Notes: generated from the sequence alone by a model not told the origin. A stretch of DNA of 64,000 nucleotides from Squalus acanthias (GCA_030390025.1 CM059437.1:52948001-53012000), one strand, 5' to 3'; counted from the stretch's first letter, positions 37,990 to 52,460 are shown. A program made the numbers and translations.

Positions 37990-40335
37990 ATTTGACCATT
38001 CTGAGTTTCGATTTGTACGACTGACCATAACAGTGTCCTCTTGGCCACAATACTGAAATAAGAGCCACCACAAAGCAAACATTCCAATCCAAATTTATAC
38101 ATCTATCCATCCAATATTACATCAAAATATAAACTAATCACCCTGTACATTCCCTTAGTGACTGTCTGGTGTGCACATTTGCCTATCCTAGTGCTCCGAC
38201 GCAGTGCTACCCCAGTGGCTGCAGCATGGCTAGTGGAAGGCTTCTGCCTTTTAGTGCAGGTTTCGACAGATGGCCTAGCAGGTCGAACTCGAGGAGCTTT
38301 GGGCCTAGTAGACCCGGCTTCGAAATGAAGCAGCATGGGTGGCAGCAGTCTGGGGTGGCAGGCTGACAGGCAACAGCAAGGGCACTGGCGGAGTGGCAGT
38401 GGTGGGAGTACAAATGCTGTCATCCTGGGAGAGGAGAGCAGGGTCGGCCACCACAAATGCATTGCCACTCCCCCAGGGCAGCACCTTAGAAATTCTAGAT
38501 ATCTAATGGAGTAGAGACTGCTGGACTGCTGTGACAACCTGCAAGCCCCTTTCAACACTGATAAACCCAGCCATGATGGCAGCTGTCTGTTCTTGTGTGG
38601 CAGCAAGCTGATCTTGTATAACTACATTCTGAGCTTCCATTGCAGCACTCAGACGTTGTGTGGCTTCCGCTTGTGCTTCAATGGAAGTTGAGAATTCAGC
38701 CATCAGACAATGCATTATGGTTGGGCTCCACAAGAGCGTTAATCGATCTGCGCATCCCTTCCACGCTGCGATGGTTGGGCTCCAAGCTCTGCCCAAAGCC
38801 CTACGCAAGGCTAGAATGGACTCCTGCATGCTCCTTAACATTGCATTCAGCCTTTCTGGTAGTTCTGCCGAGGGACCAAACATTTCATTGTTCATATTCA
38901 TAAACTTTCGCCTGTAGGCCGCCCCATCGAAGTCTTCATCTGTGCCTTGTGCAGCAGAACTCGTGTGCGACCTTGCTCTCTGGGTAGCTGGCTTCTGCAG
39001 TTTCCTTTGCCGCTGTCCTGGCTGCAGCTCACTCGTGCCCGGTGTCTCATCACGTGCAGATCCCACATCTAACCTATCCTCTAAAGTATGCAGCATGTCA
39101 CTATCTGATCTGATGGCTGGGAGTGTGAAATCGAGTGATAATGTTTCTTCTGCTTCACTCTCCTCTCCCTCTTCTTGTTGAGCTACTGGCTGGGCAGGCT
39201 GGATTTCTGGATTTCTTGAAATGAGAAAGGCACAAGGGTACGGTTGTGGTGTTGGGAGGGTCGAAACAAGAAGTGCATGCTTACACCATGTGCATATTGT
39301 AAATCAGAAGAGATTGTGGGATGAAGGGGAAGTGGGATGTGCTAAGAGGATAACGTACCAGCATTTTTATTCTCTCAGCCCCGCCGCTGGTCAGAGGCTC
39401 AGCCATGCCCCTGTCAAGACTGGCCATCACCGTCTCCCCTATTGGGGTGAGAACATACAGGTGAGCATGTGCCCCACCGGATAAGTTCTGCTGGCGACGG
39501 ATAAGTGCCACATTTTCCTGAAAGGGAAAGGGAAGTTTGTCAGTGAGTGTGGTATAATGTGTTTGGGTGATATGTCTGCCATGGTTGAATAGCTGACAGT
39601 GTTATCACGCTGTGAGATGTGGATGTCAGGCTTGCAGCAGTGGTAATTTTTCTGGCTGAGGTGAAGACATGAATATGTGGTGTCAGTCGTGTTTGGTAAA
39701 GTTTGCTGGTAGTTAAGTGATGGAGTGTGGTGCATTGAGCATTGTTGAGGCCATTCGGATATTGCATTTGGAGATGAATTCGCTGATCTTGACCACCAGT
39801 CTGAGGTCATTAAATTTATTCTTGCACTGATGCCAGGTCCTCAGTGCAACAATGCTGATATTTACCACTGTGTCTATCTGCACTCACGGCAGTCCAGTCT
39901 GATGTCTGAAGGGATTCCTGGCCCCCGGGGAAAGAGGACCTCTCTCCTGCAGTTGACCTTCTGAACCAAGGGCTCCAGTGCTGCAATAGAGGATCTAGGT
40001 GCACGCTGCCTCCCCTGTTGTGCCATCATCATAACTTTCGTCTCCACTCTCTTCCCGGCCATTTCAATCACCTGTTGCAGGAAGAAGATACCTCCCTTTA
40101 AGAGGTGCAGACTGCCTTTAAGTAGTGCAGGCTAACTTAAATTGGAACTAGCCTCGCAGGAACTTGGGCCCCTTGATGAGCGTTCAGCCACTCAGCAGCG
40201 CGCTCAACAGTACGATCATGTTAATCAGCAGGCAGCACTAAGTTTGCCTTCTGCCTGCAGTCCTCTGAACGGGCGGGGATTGATTGTGCATCGCAATCCC
40301 CGGCTCGTTTGCGGGCGTTATCCAATTTCGAGGCC
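37990..40335 (-). mobile_element. Harbinger-type element with a three-exon Myb/SANT-like pseudogene (best-preserved copy); left boundary approximate
   Basis: Terminus GGCCTCGAAATT on -. Exon 1 RQRAPRSSIAALEPLVQKVNCRREVLFP (then frameshifted), exon 2 ALIRRQQNLSGG.., exon 3 acidic plus coiled-coil-like ORF 38503-39096. Confidence 0.7.
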
Positions 40336-41287
40336 AAGATGTACAGCCGCACCCCACCCCCATCCCCGCAACCCCCAATCGCCCCATTCCACTTTATTAC
40401 GCTTGGTCTTTGCTGCCCATGTGCCACGCCAGCGGAGAACGACTAGTGCTACCTATTAATAACATACAACTTATATGCAGTATAATCACATAATATGTCA
40501 AAAGTAACACTAGATAGAAGTAATATAGTTACAGATATGGATTTAAGATATGCAGAATTGATAACATGCGACACCAGACGCCACTACAATATTCTGACTC
40601 ACTGGGGGTAATTTTGACTTTAGACGATGGTGTAAAGCACGGGATATAGGCTCGGCCTCCCATTTAACACGTTTTCCGCTTGTCGGTCCATTGAAATCAA
40701 ATGCAATAGCAAAATGAGTGCCTACATTTCAAGTTCACGAGCTGTTAGCGTCCTTCTGACCAAAGTTTGTAGCGCATTCCAATAGCGCAGAGATATCAGG
40801 CATATCTGCCAGAAATATACACGGAAGATAGTCACAATCATCTCCTAACGCTACGTGATCTGAAAGAATTTATAGTGAAATGTTTTATCCGCCGGGTGCT
40901 TTGGATCAGAGTGCTCCAGCACACTATGCCTAATATTAGTATGTGAGAACATGGACCGAAATGAGTTTCTTAGGTGCACAATTCAGGTGCAATATTTATT
41001 TTCCTTCTCCGTTGGTATCGAAAATGGTCACGAATATTATGATATCAGCCAGGAAAATGTTTTCAGATCTATCAGCAATATGAGAGTGCACCGAAAAATA
41101 TGCAATTTAAATGAAACATTTTACGGAGTGGGTCAAATTGAATACCAAAAAAGTATGAGGTAAATTATTCCTATTTCTCTTTTTAAGTATAACTCAAAGT
41201 ATGCAGAATCAACAAAGCACGAATACCATCTCTCATCTTCCTGGTAGATTGTGATTAATTTGACACAAAGTAAGAATCTGTCAGCTT

Positions 41288-41362
41288 CTGATTGGCGTCA
41301 AGGTGCAGCCTGATTTGCATAAACATGAAGCATGTCGCAACACCTCTTCACAAGATTTATAA
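41288..41362 (+). promoter_or_regulatory. Ig V promoter of cluster 3
   Basis: CTGATTGG 41288-95, TGATTTGCAT 41311-20, TTTATAA 41356-62. Confidence 0.85.
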
Positions 41363-41439
41363 GCAGAGTTGGAGAGGAACTTTAGAACCCATTTCATCTG
41401 GAAATTATCGGTGTGTCTGAGCTCCTTCAATTCTTTACA

Positions 41440-41488
41440 ATGTCTTCTTGGATCCGTGTTGTCAGTGTGTTGGTGTTTTGCGTAGTTT
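41440..41488 (+). CDS. IGL: Leader exon, cluster 3
   Basis: MSSWIRVVSVLVFCVV followed by T|gtgagt. Confidence 0.92.
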
Positions 41489-41625
41489 GTGAGTATATTG
41501 CTTTCACTGCCTGATTAGATTTCATCTTGAAGAATATGTACTGCGAAACTTCTCACCACATTTTAATTGCAACATTATTTCTCTCACTGACCTGCCTGTT
41601 TTCTGACAATGCTCCTTATTTTCAG

Positions 41626-41970
41626 ATTTAAACGCGCAAGTTACGGTAAACCAGCCGCTTTCGATGTCAACTTCTCCCGGAAAGAACGTCCAAATAAGTT
41701 GTACCATGTCTGGTGCCAATTTAGGAAGCAGTACTGTCTCCTGGTACCAGCAGATTCCTGGGAATACGCCCCGGCTTCTAGTCTACTATTGGTCGGGAAG
41801 CAGCATTAACAGAGGCCCGGGTGTTTCAGAACGATTCTCCGGCTCCGTATCAGGCAACACGGGTACTTTTACAATATCCACTGTACAATCAGAGGACGCT
41901 GCGGACTATTACTGTGCTATGTGGTCTAGCGGTTTAATCTTCGGTAAAGGAACGAGACTGAGTGTTGGCA
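41626..41970 (+). CDS. IGL: Germline-joined VJ exon, cluster 3 (intact)
   Basis: QVTVNQPLSMSTSPGKNVQISCTMSGANLGSSTVSWYQQ...YYCAMWSSGLIFGKGTRLSVG with canonical splice sites. Confidence 0.95.
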
Positions 41971-44631
41971 GTAAGTAAAATCCCTTCGTTTGTACAGTTA
42001 TAGTTCTATGTTTTGTTTACCTTAGGGCAAAATAATACCTTACAACGTAATGTTTTATTTAGCTCAATTCAATTGCTTTTAAATGTGATATTTTCGAAAT
42101 AATCTGATTTTTACCGTGTCTCCCTTGGTACCTCAGTTGAAAGTAACACTACTTAAATGGGCGAATGACCGTCCAGTTTCAGAAAGTTTTCACCTGTTGT
42201 TACTTCAGATTGCCTCCCCACTTGGTGCTGAATTAACTTATCCCAAACCCGGATAAGAATTGGACTCCAAATCGCCGAGTTACGCAATGGGAAATATCAA
42301 TTAAGTTTCTCGCTGTTGATCGCTTCCTAGTGATTGTGTTCGAAGTTGCGTTGATTGCATCTCGGTTGAGAGAGTCGAGCCACGGAATGATGCCCGGTCA
42401 CAAACCCTACTAACAGTCATTGTCTAGGCTCGCATGAGAAATACGGGAGAGCGACTGGCGTCCGTGGAACCACAGTCCAGTGGACGCCAACGGTTTTAGG
42501 AGAAGAATGCAAATTGGAAGGAAACAAATTCTTCAACGTATCTTAAATTATGTTTCCAATGAAATATCCTGTAATATCCCTAATCGCAATTCGACTTGAA
42601 CTTATTACCTTGGCCCCGAACTGCTTTAGTGCTGAATTGATAGGCTTGGTATTAATCATAATAAGACTCAAATTTCTTTAATAATTTATGACATTTGATT
42701 TTATATTCCTGAAATGGTAGTTGTTGTCAACAGCGACAGTGGAGATTATTAGCAATCAGTAGAGTGATATGCTCTCGCAATGTATTAGCTACGTTGTAAC
42801 CCGTTCAGTTCGAATGCTCTTACATTTTGCCTAAAATATCCATCACAGTGAAGCTTCCTGCAACGTTTACGATCGCGACTAATACATGGAGATTGGAGGC
42901 AATCCCTTTCCTCCCAATTAAAATTATTGCAGCTGTCTTGCCTCTATAGCTCAGTAAACTAATGGGATTGCTGGAAATTATTCTAGCCCCTGTTTTTAGC
43001 GACATCATGCGAATTAGTGAACAATTCCTAAAGAAAATATACCATCCAGAGGAACTGAATGAGTGAATGAACGAACGAATAGAAGTATTTAGACTGCGGC
43101 TATCTCAGAGCGATTCTTTCCCGCGTTGAACTAGTACCGTGCGATATCCTGATAGCATCGACTTGTATCTTCATCGTTCTTTTGTTTGATATTTAAATAA
43201 GAGAATAACCACTTTAGTTTAAGCAGTTTAATGCCGTTGTTAAAATACGGAAGAATTTCACAGCATTGTTACAGCGCGTTGATATATTAATATCTTAGAG
43301 CCAAATTTTAATCTGAACGCTGTTTTAAACCAAAAGTGGGCAGTGAACACAATATAGAGCCTTTCGAACAGTAAGGACCCAATTTATTGTCGTTGAATTC
43401 CCCCATGATTATTATTCTGTCCTTTTTAACCTTTCCTATATTTGCTTGGATATTTCTCTCCTCACTTCTTGATCACTACTTGGTGAGCTGTAGATTACCC
43501 GAATAGTGTGACCGATATCTTCCTATCCTTCATCTCAATCCATACGGGTTGATGATCGCTGTCTGCTTAATATGAATTTTGTAATTACTTTGGAATTTTT
43601 AAATTGCAATGCTTATGGGGTACGATGTAAGATAATAACGCGCACTCACACTCTCAGTGTATGGAATGTGAATATCCTATCGTGAAATAAATTGTGGAAT
43701 GAATCACGGGGTCAGCGCAACAAAAAACATGTAAACATGTAAAAATCTATAAGTAAAACTGGAGTGCGTGTTTAATATGAGATCAGCACCAACCCGTATT
43801 AAAGCAGTTGTAAATCTGCTTGAAGTATTACAATAGAAAGACTGGATTGTTCTGCCCAAATAACGAAAGGAGCAAGATTCGCAGTTCCACTACAGAAATC
43901 TCAGCTGAGTTAGTTGTTTTAAAGCACAAATTAGTATTTCGAAATTAGCGTATAACGTTAAACCTTTGAAATCTGATAAAAATTGAGCTTACCCTGCAAG
44001 GTTAGTGTTGGCGCCATGCGATTGCTGTTTGCCAGTGACTGAGGCGGCTAGAATTTAAAGCGCTAAGATGTTTTATCTGCATTACATTGCCTCTGTGCCT
44101 GTAGACGAAGGACATTATGTCCCTATATTCATAAAATACATAAATGATATGTCGGTCTCTCCTCTTGATGACTTAACAGCTGAACCATGTGAACGCATCA
44201 CAATAAGATATAAGAAGGGTCAGTGGAGTAGATCTTGAGATTGTGCGATAGTGTAAAACGGGTGGTTGTGAATCTGCAGCCCCTTTTATATCTCTCCTGA
44301 TCTTTATTTAAATGAATGCAATGGAAATAAAAATGCAGAGAGATATAAAACGGGCTGGTGATTCACTAGCATCCATTTTACACTGTCGCACAAAGTCAAG
44401 ATTTATCCCGGTCTCTTTAAATAACTTTATTCACCGGAGCATTTCAGCTGACAAATATTTAAAGTGCCCATAGTATGAATGTAATATTGTGAAAGATATA
44501 TATTGCAAAGGATCTATTTATTATATTAACTGGATTGATGCAATACAAACTATATTATTTTGAACAAATATTATGCTTCAACAGAAGCAATTCTCCAACA
44601 CTACTAAACCGTGATCGCTTGTTTTAAACAG

Positions 44632-44954
44632 AACCGCAGGAACCATCGGTCTCCATCCTTCCGCCTTCATCGGATCAAATCGCAGCAAAGAACACGGCGA
44701 CCCTGGTGTGTTTGGTGAACGGTTTTAACCCGGGCGCTGTGGAGATTGAGTGGACTGTCGATGGCAGTGTCAGAGGGAATGGTGTTGAGACCAGTCGGAT
44801 CCAGCAGGAGACGGACAACACGTTCAGTGTGAGCAGTTATCTGACTCTGCCAGCCTCAGAGTGGAACTCACACGAGCTTTACTCCTGTGTGGTTAAACAC
44901 GAGACTCAGGCAAACCCGCTTACAACAAGTATCTCGAGATCCAGCTGTATCTGA
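44632..44954 (+). CDS. IGL: Ig light chain constant exon, cluster 3
   Basis: Same acceptor and frame as the other C exons; ends TTSISRSSCI*. Confidence 0.95.
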
Positions 44955-47900
44955 TTTCAGAAACTGTTCTTGACCGAGCTGAGAAAGTTTGTTCATCCCC
45001 ATTCGTTTCCTACATGTGACAAATAAGGGTAGAAATATATTGCATTTCGGCGATTTAAGAAAAATAGCCATTGCGTTTGAAAATTCGTCTTTTAAGACTT
45101 GTTAATTTTAAATGCTCTTCGATCGAAAGATGTTGGGTCTTCATTGAAACCTCAATGTTAATTAATCTAGGTTATATGCATTCAATAACGTTAATGAAAA
45201 GGCAACAGTATGATGATTGCAGCCTAAGAATTTGCTTACTGCGAATATATTCTAATACAGCTGTTGAATAAAATTATTGAACCAATCTTAAATGCAATGC
45301 GGTTTTTCGTGTCTTTTATTTCTGATCCAAAAGAAGTCAAATCTATAATGCAAGTGGTTTCACGGTTGTTTTCGGTGTTATTAAAGCTCGCGTAATCAGG
45401 TGTGCGCTGAGTTATTTTTAAAGATAGCAGTGTGTGACTGATGTGTCGATGTTGCGGTGCACACACACTGGTGCGCGGTTGAATGCATTCATCGATATTT
45501 CCCAAACCATGGCGGGTGAAATTGGTCTTAGACAAAAGGGCAACATTGGCGATAGCAAATCGGCAGCCCGTTTTACACTGCAGCCCGATTTTCTTTTCTA
45601 TTGACTTCAAGAAGACCTATTTCACCCCCATATTTTAACTGAATACTGTAGCGTTTCAGTTTGCTGCCCCCAGTAAAGCGGTGGATCAGCTGCAGATTTT
45701 GGAGCATCCTAACTTTCATTTCATAGAATCATAGAATGATACAGCGCGGACAGAAGCCATTCGGTCCACGGTGCCTGTGTCGGCTCTTTGAAGTAGCTAT
45801 CTATTGAGTCCCACTGCCCTGCTCTTTCCCCATCGCCCGGCATATTTCCTCCTTGAAGTATTTATCCAATACCCTTTTGAAAGTTATTATTGAAGCTGCT
45901 TCCAGCTCCCTGTGAGGTGGTGCATTCAACCTTCTCAGGGGCAATTTTGGATGGGCAATAAATGCTGGCTTTGCCAGCGACGCCCACATCAAATAAACAA
46001 ATAAAAAATCATAACAAATCGCTGCGTATTCTGTTTCCTTCAGTCACCTCTGGTTCTTTTGGCAATTATCTTGATTCAGCGTACTCTGGTTACCGACTCT
46101 TCAGCCACTGGAAAATGTTCACTCTATCAAAATCCTTCATGATTTGAACACCTCTATCAAATCTCCCCTTAACATTCTCTGCTCAAAGGAGAATAACCCC
46201 AATTTCTCTAGTCTATCCACGAAACCGAAATATTTCAATTCTGGTACGATTCTGGTAAATCTCCTCTGCAACCTCTATCAGGCCTTGACATCTTTCCTAA
46301 AGTGTGGTGCCCAGAATTGGACACAATATTCCAGCTGGGGCCTAACTATTGTTTTACAAAGATTTAGCAGAAATTCCTTGCTTCTCAACTCTCTGCGTCG
46401 ATTTGTAAAGCCAAGGATCCCGTATGCCTTTGTAACAGTGTTCTCAATTTGTCCTGCCACCTTCAAAGACTCTTTCCCTACAGCCCCAGGTCTCTCTTTT
46501 CCTCCTACCCCATTGAAACTATACCATTTAGTTAATATTGCCTCCTGAAGTTTGTGACTATTCTCCTCACAGTTTACTACATTTTCGAGTTTCGTGTATG
46601 CTGCAAACTTTGAAATTATGCCCTGTATAGGAACTCCAGGTCATTCATGTATATCAAGAATATCAGAGGTTGCAACAACGACCCCTGGGGGACACCACTG
46701 CATACTTCCCTCCTCTCTGTAAAACCGCCGTTCACCACTACTCTCTGCTTTTTGCCCCTTAGTCAATTTCATATCCACGCAACAGCTCCTCCATTAATCC
46801 CACTGTCTTCAGCCCCTCGCTAATTATGTATATTGTCACTGTCACAGTAAAGGCGGAGGTAGTAGAGAAATTGTATAGGATAAAAAATAGATAAAGAGGG
46901 TGTACTTTAAAGGTTGGCAACTTTTAAAATAGAAAGGTCAGCCCGTCCGGATGGGATGCATCCTGATTTGCAGAGGGAAGTAATGCTGGAAATTCCGGAG
47001 GCTCTGGCCACAATCCTTCAATCCTGCTTAGATATAAGACCGGCGCCAGAGGCCTGGAGCATTTCAAATATCAGACGCCTATTCAAAAAAGATGAGAGGG
47101 ATAAACCCGAGAACTGCAGATCAGTCAGCCTAACGTCTGTGGTGGGGAAATTTTTCGAGATCTTAATCCTTGACAAATTTAATTGGCATTTGGAAAAAAT
47201 ATGGATTAATAAATGAGAGCCATTACAAATTTGTTAAAGGCAAATCGTGCTTCACTAATTTGATTAGCTTGTTGATGAAGTAACGGGGAGGGTTGATGAA
47301 TGCAGCGTTGTTGATGTTTTGTCTATGGACTTTCAAAAGGCGATTTATAAAGTGTCATATAATAGATTTGTAAACAAAATTGTAGCAATTGGCCGGCATT
47401 TTGCCTACTTGGGCGTGTCCGGTGCGGGAGGTGTCCCTGGCGACTCCATTCTGCTGTTGAAAATGAATTTACCTTAATGGGGCCTATTAAGCCCGCCCAA
47501 TGAGATGGAGCGGGTCTGATGACGTCATTCAGGAAGCGTTTACAGCCGGGATCTTAAAAAGGGACCATGACCACATTACATTTGAAGTTTAATATAACAT
47601 AGTGCTGTCAGTGCACTACAGCATTGGAGTGCTGCAAACACTGATAATGACTGCACAGAGGCAGAGGACTGCACCCAGGTTCTCCAATGACTCCCTCCAT
47701 GTGCATATTTCAGAGTACACAGGGAGGTCCTCTTCCCTTCCGATGCGCAGAAGAGACCTCCCCAGGAGACCAAGACAGCCTGGTTTCAGATTGCAGAGGA
47801 GGTGCCAACCAGGGATGTCGTCAGGAGGACTTGTCTGCAGTGCTGCAAATGTTTCAATCATCTCATTAGATCAGGAAACGTTCGTACAAAACCACACTCA

Positions 47901-50029
47901 ACTGCATCCTGCTGTGTCTCTCATCACATCCCATCACTCTGCCTTCACTACCCTACTCCTGCACATCCTTACTCACACCAACATACCTTGCATTTCCACC
48001 CATCCCTCTCTCTATGTACATTATCACATCTCCTTCTCACTAGCCACCCCTTACCCTCACCCTCAGCCCAGTGCAATCATATCAACTAAGAACACACAAG
48101 GGTAGCCACTTGGGTATTTTATTCTATGTTTATGTAAAGTTTCTGTTAATGTGGCGTCAAACATAAAAATCTTTATTTTCAACACTTTACGGTCTTGGAC
48201 AGATTTGTGTGCACCTTTGGAAGTGGCTTAGTGAGTTGCAGTGAAAGGAATGGCTTGGTAATTGTAGGGATGCTTTATGGTGTAGCTGTGGAGTGGTGCC
48301 AACCTGATGCATCATGTGGCAGCCATATGGGTGTACAGCGTAAAGTTAATTAAATCTGGCCACGATTAAGCCATCCCTGGCTTCCTGGGCAGCAATGTGC
48401 TCGGGTGCTGATTCCCTTTTTCCTGTGCAGCACCTGGCGATTGCAGAGAAGTTTGGTGTTGTTGTTGGAGCTGCTGGTGTGCCTGGTGCTGCTGCTGTTG
48501 GGGTTCATCGTGGTCCGATTCAGAGGACCAAGGTGAGACAGTATAAACAGCACCCATGTTGATGAAATGGATGGCAGGTGAAGCACAGATGACAGAAGCA
48601 TTCTCTCAATGGTGAGAGAGTTCTTCCAATGAGGAGACACTGTATGGCGACCTTGCTGGAAACACTTGCAGCCTGAAGAATCAATGCTGAAAATGGACTG
48701 AGCAACAGCTTCGATCTGAGGAAAGTGATCATCTGTCAGGAGGGATCTGTTACTGTACATTTGATGCTGCGAAGTAATCAGCTGGAGCAATGGCCACGGA
48801 ACTCCTGCCTCAGGTTGACAGATTTTGTTTCCGAACTGCGGGAATCCCGTGGCCACGCAAGGAAATTTAAAAAGTAAGTGAAAAAAGGCTCTTTAAGTGC
48901 TGGTAAACTACCTGGTAATGATTTCAATTGGGTCAGGTCGCCACCGCAATGACAGACGCGCCCCGGGGAAAGGTGCGTGGGTTCCCGACCCGCTGTCAAA
49001 AATAATGACTTTCCCACGCCAGCTGCCACAGATCGCGCTCGCTACCACCCCGGAAAATTCTGTCCAATTGCTTTGGTCTTCCCAATATTTAATTGGAGGA
49101 AATTGTGGCTCTCAGGACTGTATTCAGACACGCAATCTGACAATGCAGAGCCCCGGCAGGGGTCGAGGGAAGTGCTGGAGTTGTAGAGTTGGGTGTCACT
49201 GGCGTAAATGTGGAAACTGAAAACATGTCATCAGAAAATGGCACCAAGGGGAGCATGCAGATGATGAAGTGATGGTGCCCAAAAACAGGTCCTTGCGGGA
49301 ATCCAGCAGTACCAGTGTGGGTGGGAAGAGAATCCATTGCTGGAGATGTTCTGGCTATGATTGGGTAGGTAACAGTGGCGACAAGGAAAGCCAGAGCATT
49401 GGAAGAGGGTGGCGTGATCAACCAAGTCAAAGGCTGCGGAGAGGTCGAGAAGCACGAGGAGGAATTCTGAACCACGGTCACAGTCATAGTCACAGAGTAT
49501 GTCATTTGTGACTTTGATTAGGGCTTTTAGAGTGTTGTGGCAGTGGTGGAAACCTAATTGCAGAGTTTCAAGCACGGAGTTGCGGAATAGATGTAACTGG
49601 TTTTGGGAGGCAATGACAAGCTCAATTACTTTGTAGTGGAGCGGGAGGTTGGAGATGGTGCGGTAAATTACAAAGATAGAGGGGCCAAGTGTGTTTTTGA
49701 CGACAGAAGTGATGATAGCAATTTGCAAAGGGAGATGTCCGTGTTTTAGCAGAGGGAATTATTTACAATGTTAGCTAGCATGGGGGTCCAGAAGGGAAGC
49801 GGCGTGGTCAGCAGTTTAATAAGAATGTGTCAAGGGAACAATATGTAGTTCTCCCGGACAAGATGAGTATGGCGAGTGTATGAGGGGGAATAGAAGCAAA
49901 ACTAGAGAAAGATACAGGTTCGGGCAAAGGGCAGAGAGGAATGGGAAAGCACAGAGGCAACTGAGTGGACAGTCTAAATATTAGTGACAAAGAAATCCAG
50001 GAGCTTCTCACACTAGCCAAAGCAAGTAA

Positions 50030-51550
50030 ATATTGATTTATGAAAAAGTCATCTTGCTTAACCAATCTGTCAGAGTTTTTTGAGGTTGCAACGAGCAGGG
50101 TAGATAAGGAATTAGGGTACTTGGATTTTCAAACAGCATTCGAAAAGGTGCCACACAAGAGTTTATTACAGAAAATTAGGGTTTTTGAGATTGCGGTTAA
50201 TATATTAGCACGGGTTGAAGATTCGTTAACGGACAGAAATCAAAGTGTAGGAAGAAATAGGTCATTTTCGGTTGGCAGGCTGTAGCTAGTAGGGCACTGC
50301 AAAGGATCAGTGCTTGGGCCTCAGGTATTTGCAATCTATATCAGTGACTTAGATGAGGGGACCGAGTGTAATGTATCCAAGTTTTCAGACGACACAAAAA
50401 TAGGTTGGAAACGAAGATGTGAGGAGAACGCAAAGAGGCTGCAAAGGGATAATAGACAGGTTAAGTGAAAGGGCAAGAACACGGTAGATGGAACATAACG
50501 TGGTGAAAAGTGAAATTATCCACTTTGGTAGGAAAAATAGCAAAGCAGAGTATTTTTTAAATGGTGAGAGACTGGGACGTGTTGTTATTCAGAGGGGACC
50601 GAGTGTAATGTATCCAAGTTTGCTGACCATACAAAGCGAGGTGGGAAAGTAAGATGTGAGGAGAACGCAAAGAGGTTGCAAAGGGATAACAAACAAGTTA
50701 AGTGAGAGGGCAAGTACATGGTCGATGGAACATTATGGGAGAAATGTGAAATTATTCACTTTGGTACGAAAAATAGTAAAGCACAGTATTTTTAAATGGT
50801 GAGAGACTGGGAAGTATTGTTATTCAGAGGGACGTGGGTATCCTTCTTACATGAATCACTGAAAGTTAACATGCAGGTATAGCAAGCAATTAGGAGAGCA
50901 AATGGTTTGTTCGTCTTTATTATAAAAGGATTAGAGTATAAGATTAAAGCAGTCTTACTGCAATTGTATAGGACCTTGGTGAGACCACACCTGATGTATT
51001 GTGGACAGTTTTGGTCTCCTTACCTAAGGAAGGATATACTTGCCTTAGGGGGAATGCAACGAAGGCTCACTAGACTGACCCCTGGGATGGGGGGCATTGT
51101 CCTATGTGGAGAGATTGAGTAGACTAGGCCTATATTCTCTAGAGATTAGAAGAATGAGAGGTGATCTCATTGAAACGTATAAACTTCTTAGGGGTCTTGA
51201 CAGCGTAGATACTGGGCAGATATTTCACCTGGCTGGGGAGTCTAGAATTAAGGGTCACAGTCTCAGAATAAGGGGTCGGCAATTTATGAGTGAGCTGAGG
51301 AAAAGTTTCTTCACTTAAAGGGTTGGGAATCTTTGGAATAATCTACCCAAGAGGGCTGTGAATGCTCAGTCGTTGAGTATATTCAAGACAGAAAGCGATA
51401 GCCTATTGGATACTAAGGGAAGCAAGAGATATGGGGATAGTGCCTGAAGTTAGAGTTGAGGTAGAAGATCAATCTTGATCTTATTGAATGCGGAACAGAC
51501 TCGAAGGGCTGAATGGCCTACTCATGCTCCTATTTCTTATGTTCTTAATA
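50030..51550 (+). mobile_element. Older CR1 LINE with an internal tandem duplication; only its tail survives in unit 2 (about 30519-30600)
   Basis: KSSCLTNL, LDFQ.AF.KVPH and VRPHL.YC motifs, with a CR1 3' tail. Confidence 0.85.
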
Positions 51551-51779
51551 AAGAAATGTGTTTATTTAAACTGAATCTCAGAATCCTTTCCAAATTATCA
51601 GTGCATTGTCAGGGAATATGCGCCACTCCAAGTCGCCTTAGTGCATAGGTATGCGCAGCATGTATGATTGTTGCTTCAGTTGATCCTGGATATTGGAGAC
51701 TTTTTGATACTGGAAACGGAAAGCATCACAAATCAGACCAAATGATGGCTTAACAGCTGTGCAAACGTAAGGTGAATAC

Positions 51780-52460
51780 ATCACAGGGGCTGGACAAGCT
51801 GTAGCTGATAATTATTAAGGAAGTAAGGGAGGAAATTGCAGGAACTCTGGCATAAATCTTCCAGGAATCACTGAATACTGGAGATGTGCCTGTGGACTAG
51901 GAATGGTAAATGTGTTTACAAAAGCTAGCATGAGTGACCCAGGGACCTACAGACCATTGAGTTTGGCGTGCATTGTGGGCAAAGTTATGGATACCTTTAA
52001 TAAAGATAAGATAATGGAGCATCTTTTAGAAACAAAATCATAAAAGATTGCCAATATGAGTTGATGAAGGGGAGGTCTTGCCTATCTAACTTTCTGATTT
52101 TCTTTGCGGGCGTGCCGAAGGAGTTTCATGGCATGAGGTGTTCATGGATTTCAGTAAGGCCTTTCATTCAGTTCCTCTGGAAAGGCTGGCACTGAAAATA
52201 AAGAATGCAGGAATCAGTGGAAATATTTTACAATGCAAACCTAATAGTTAGATCGGTAGACCCCAAAGGGTAGAGGTACAGGTATTGTCATCAGGCCAGG
52301 AGAATGTTACCAGTGGCATCCTATCGTGGATAGAGACTCCAAAGCTGAGTAGCATAATGCACAGGAGGATTTCAATATACTTGGGAATTAGGTAAACAGG
52401 TGACAGATTAAAATGAATGTACAGAAATGGCAATACTTCATATGGGGGAAAATTATTCTG
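51780..52460 (+). mobile_element. Very old CR1 ORF2 fragment, retained only in unit 3
   Basis: Degenerate SQGLD, DPGTYRPLSL, KGRSCLSN and MDFSKAF motifs. Confidence 0.65.
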
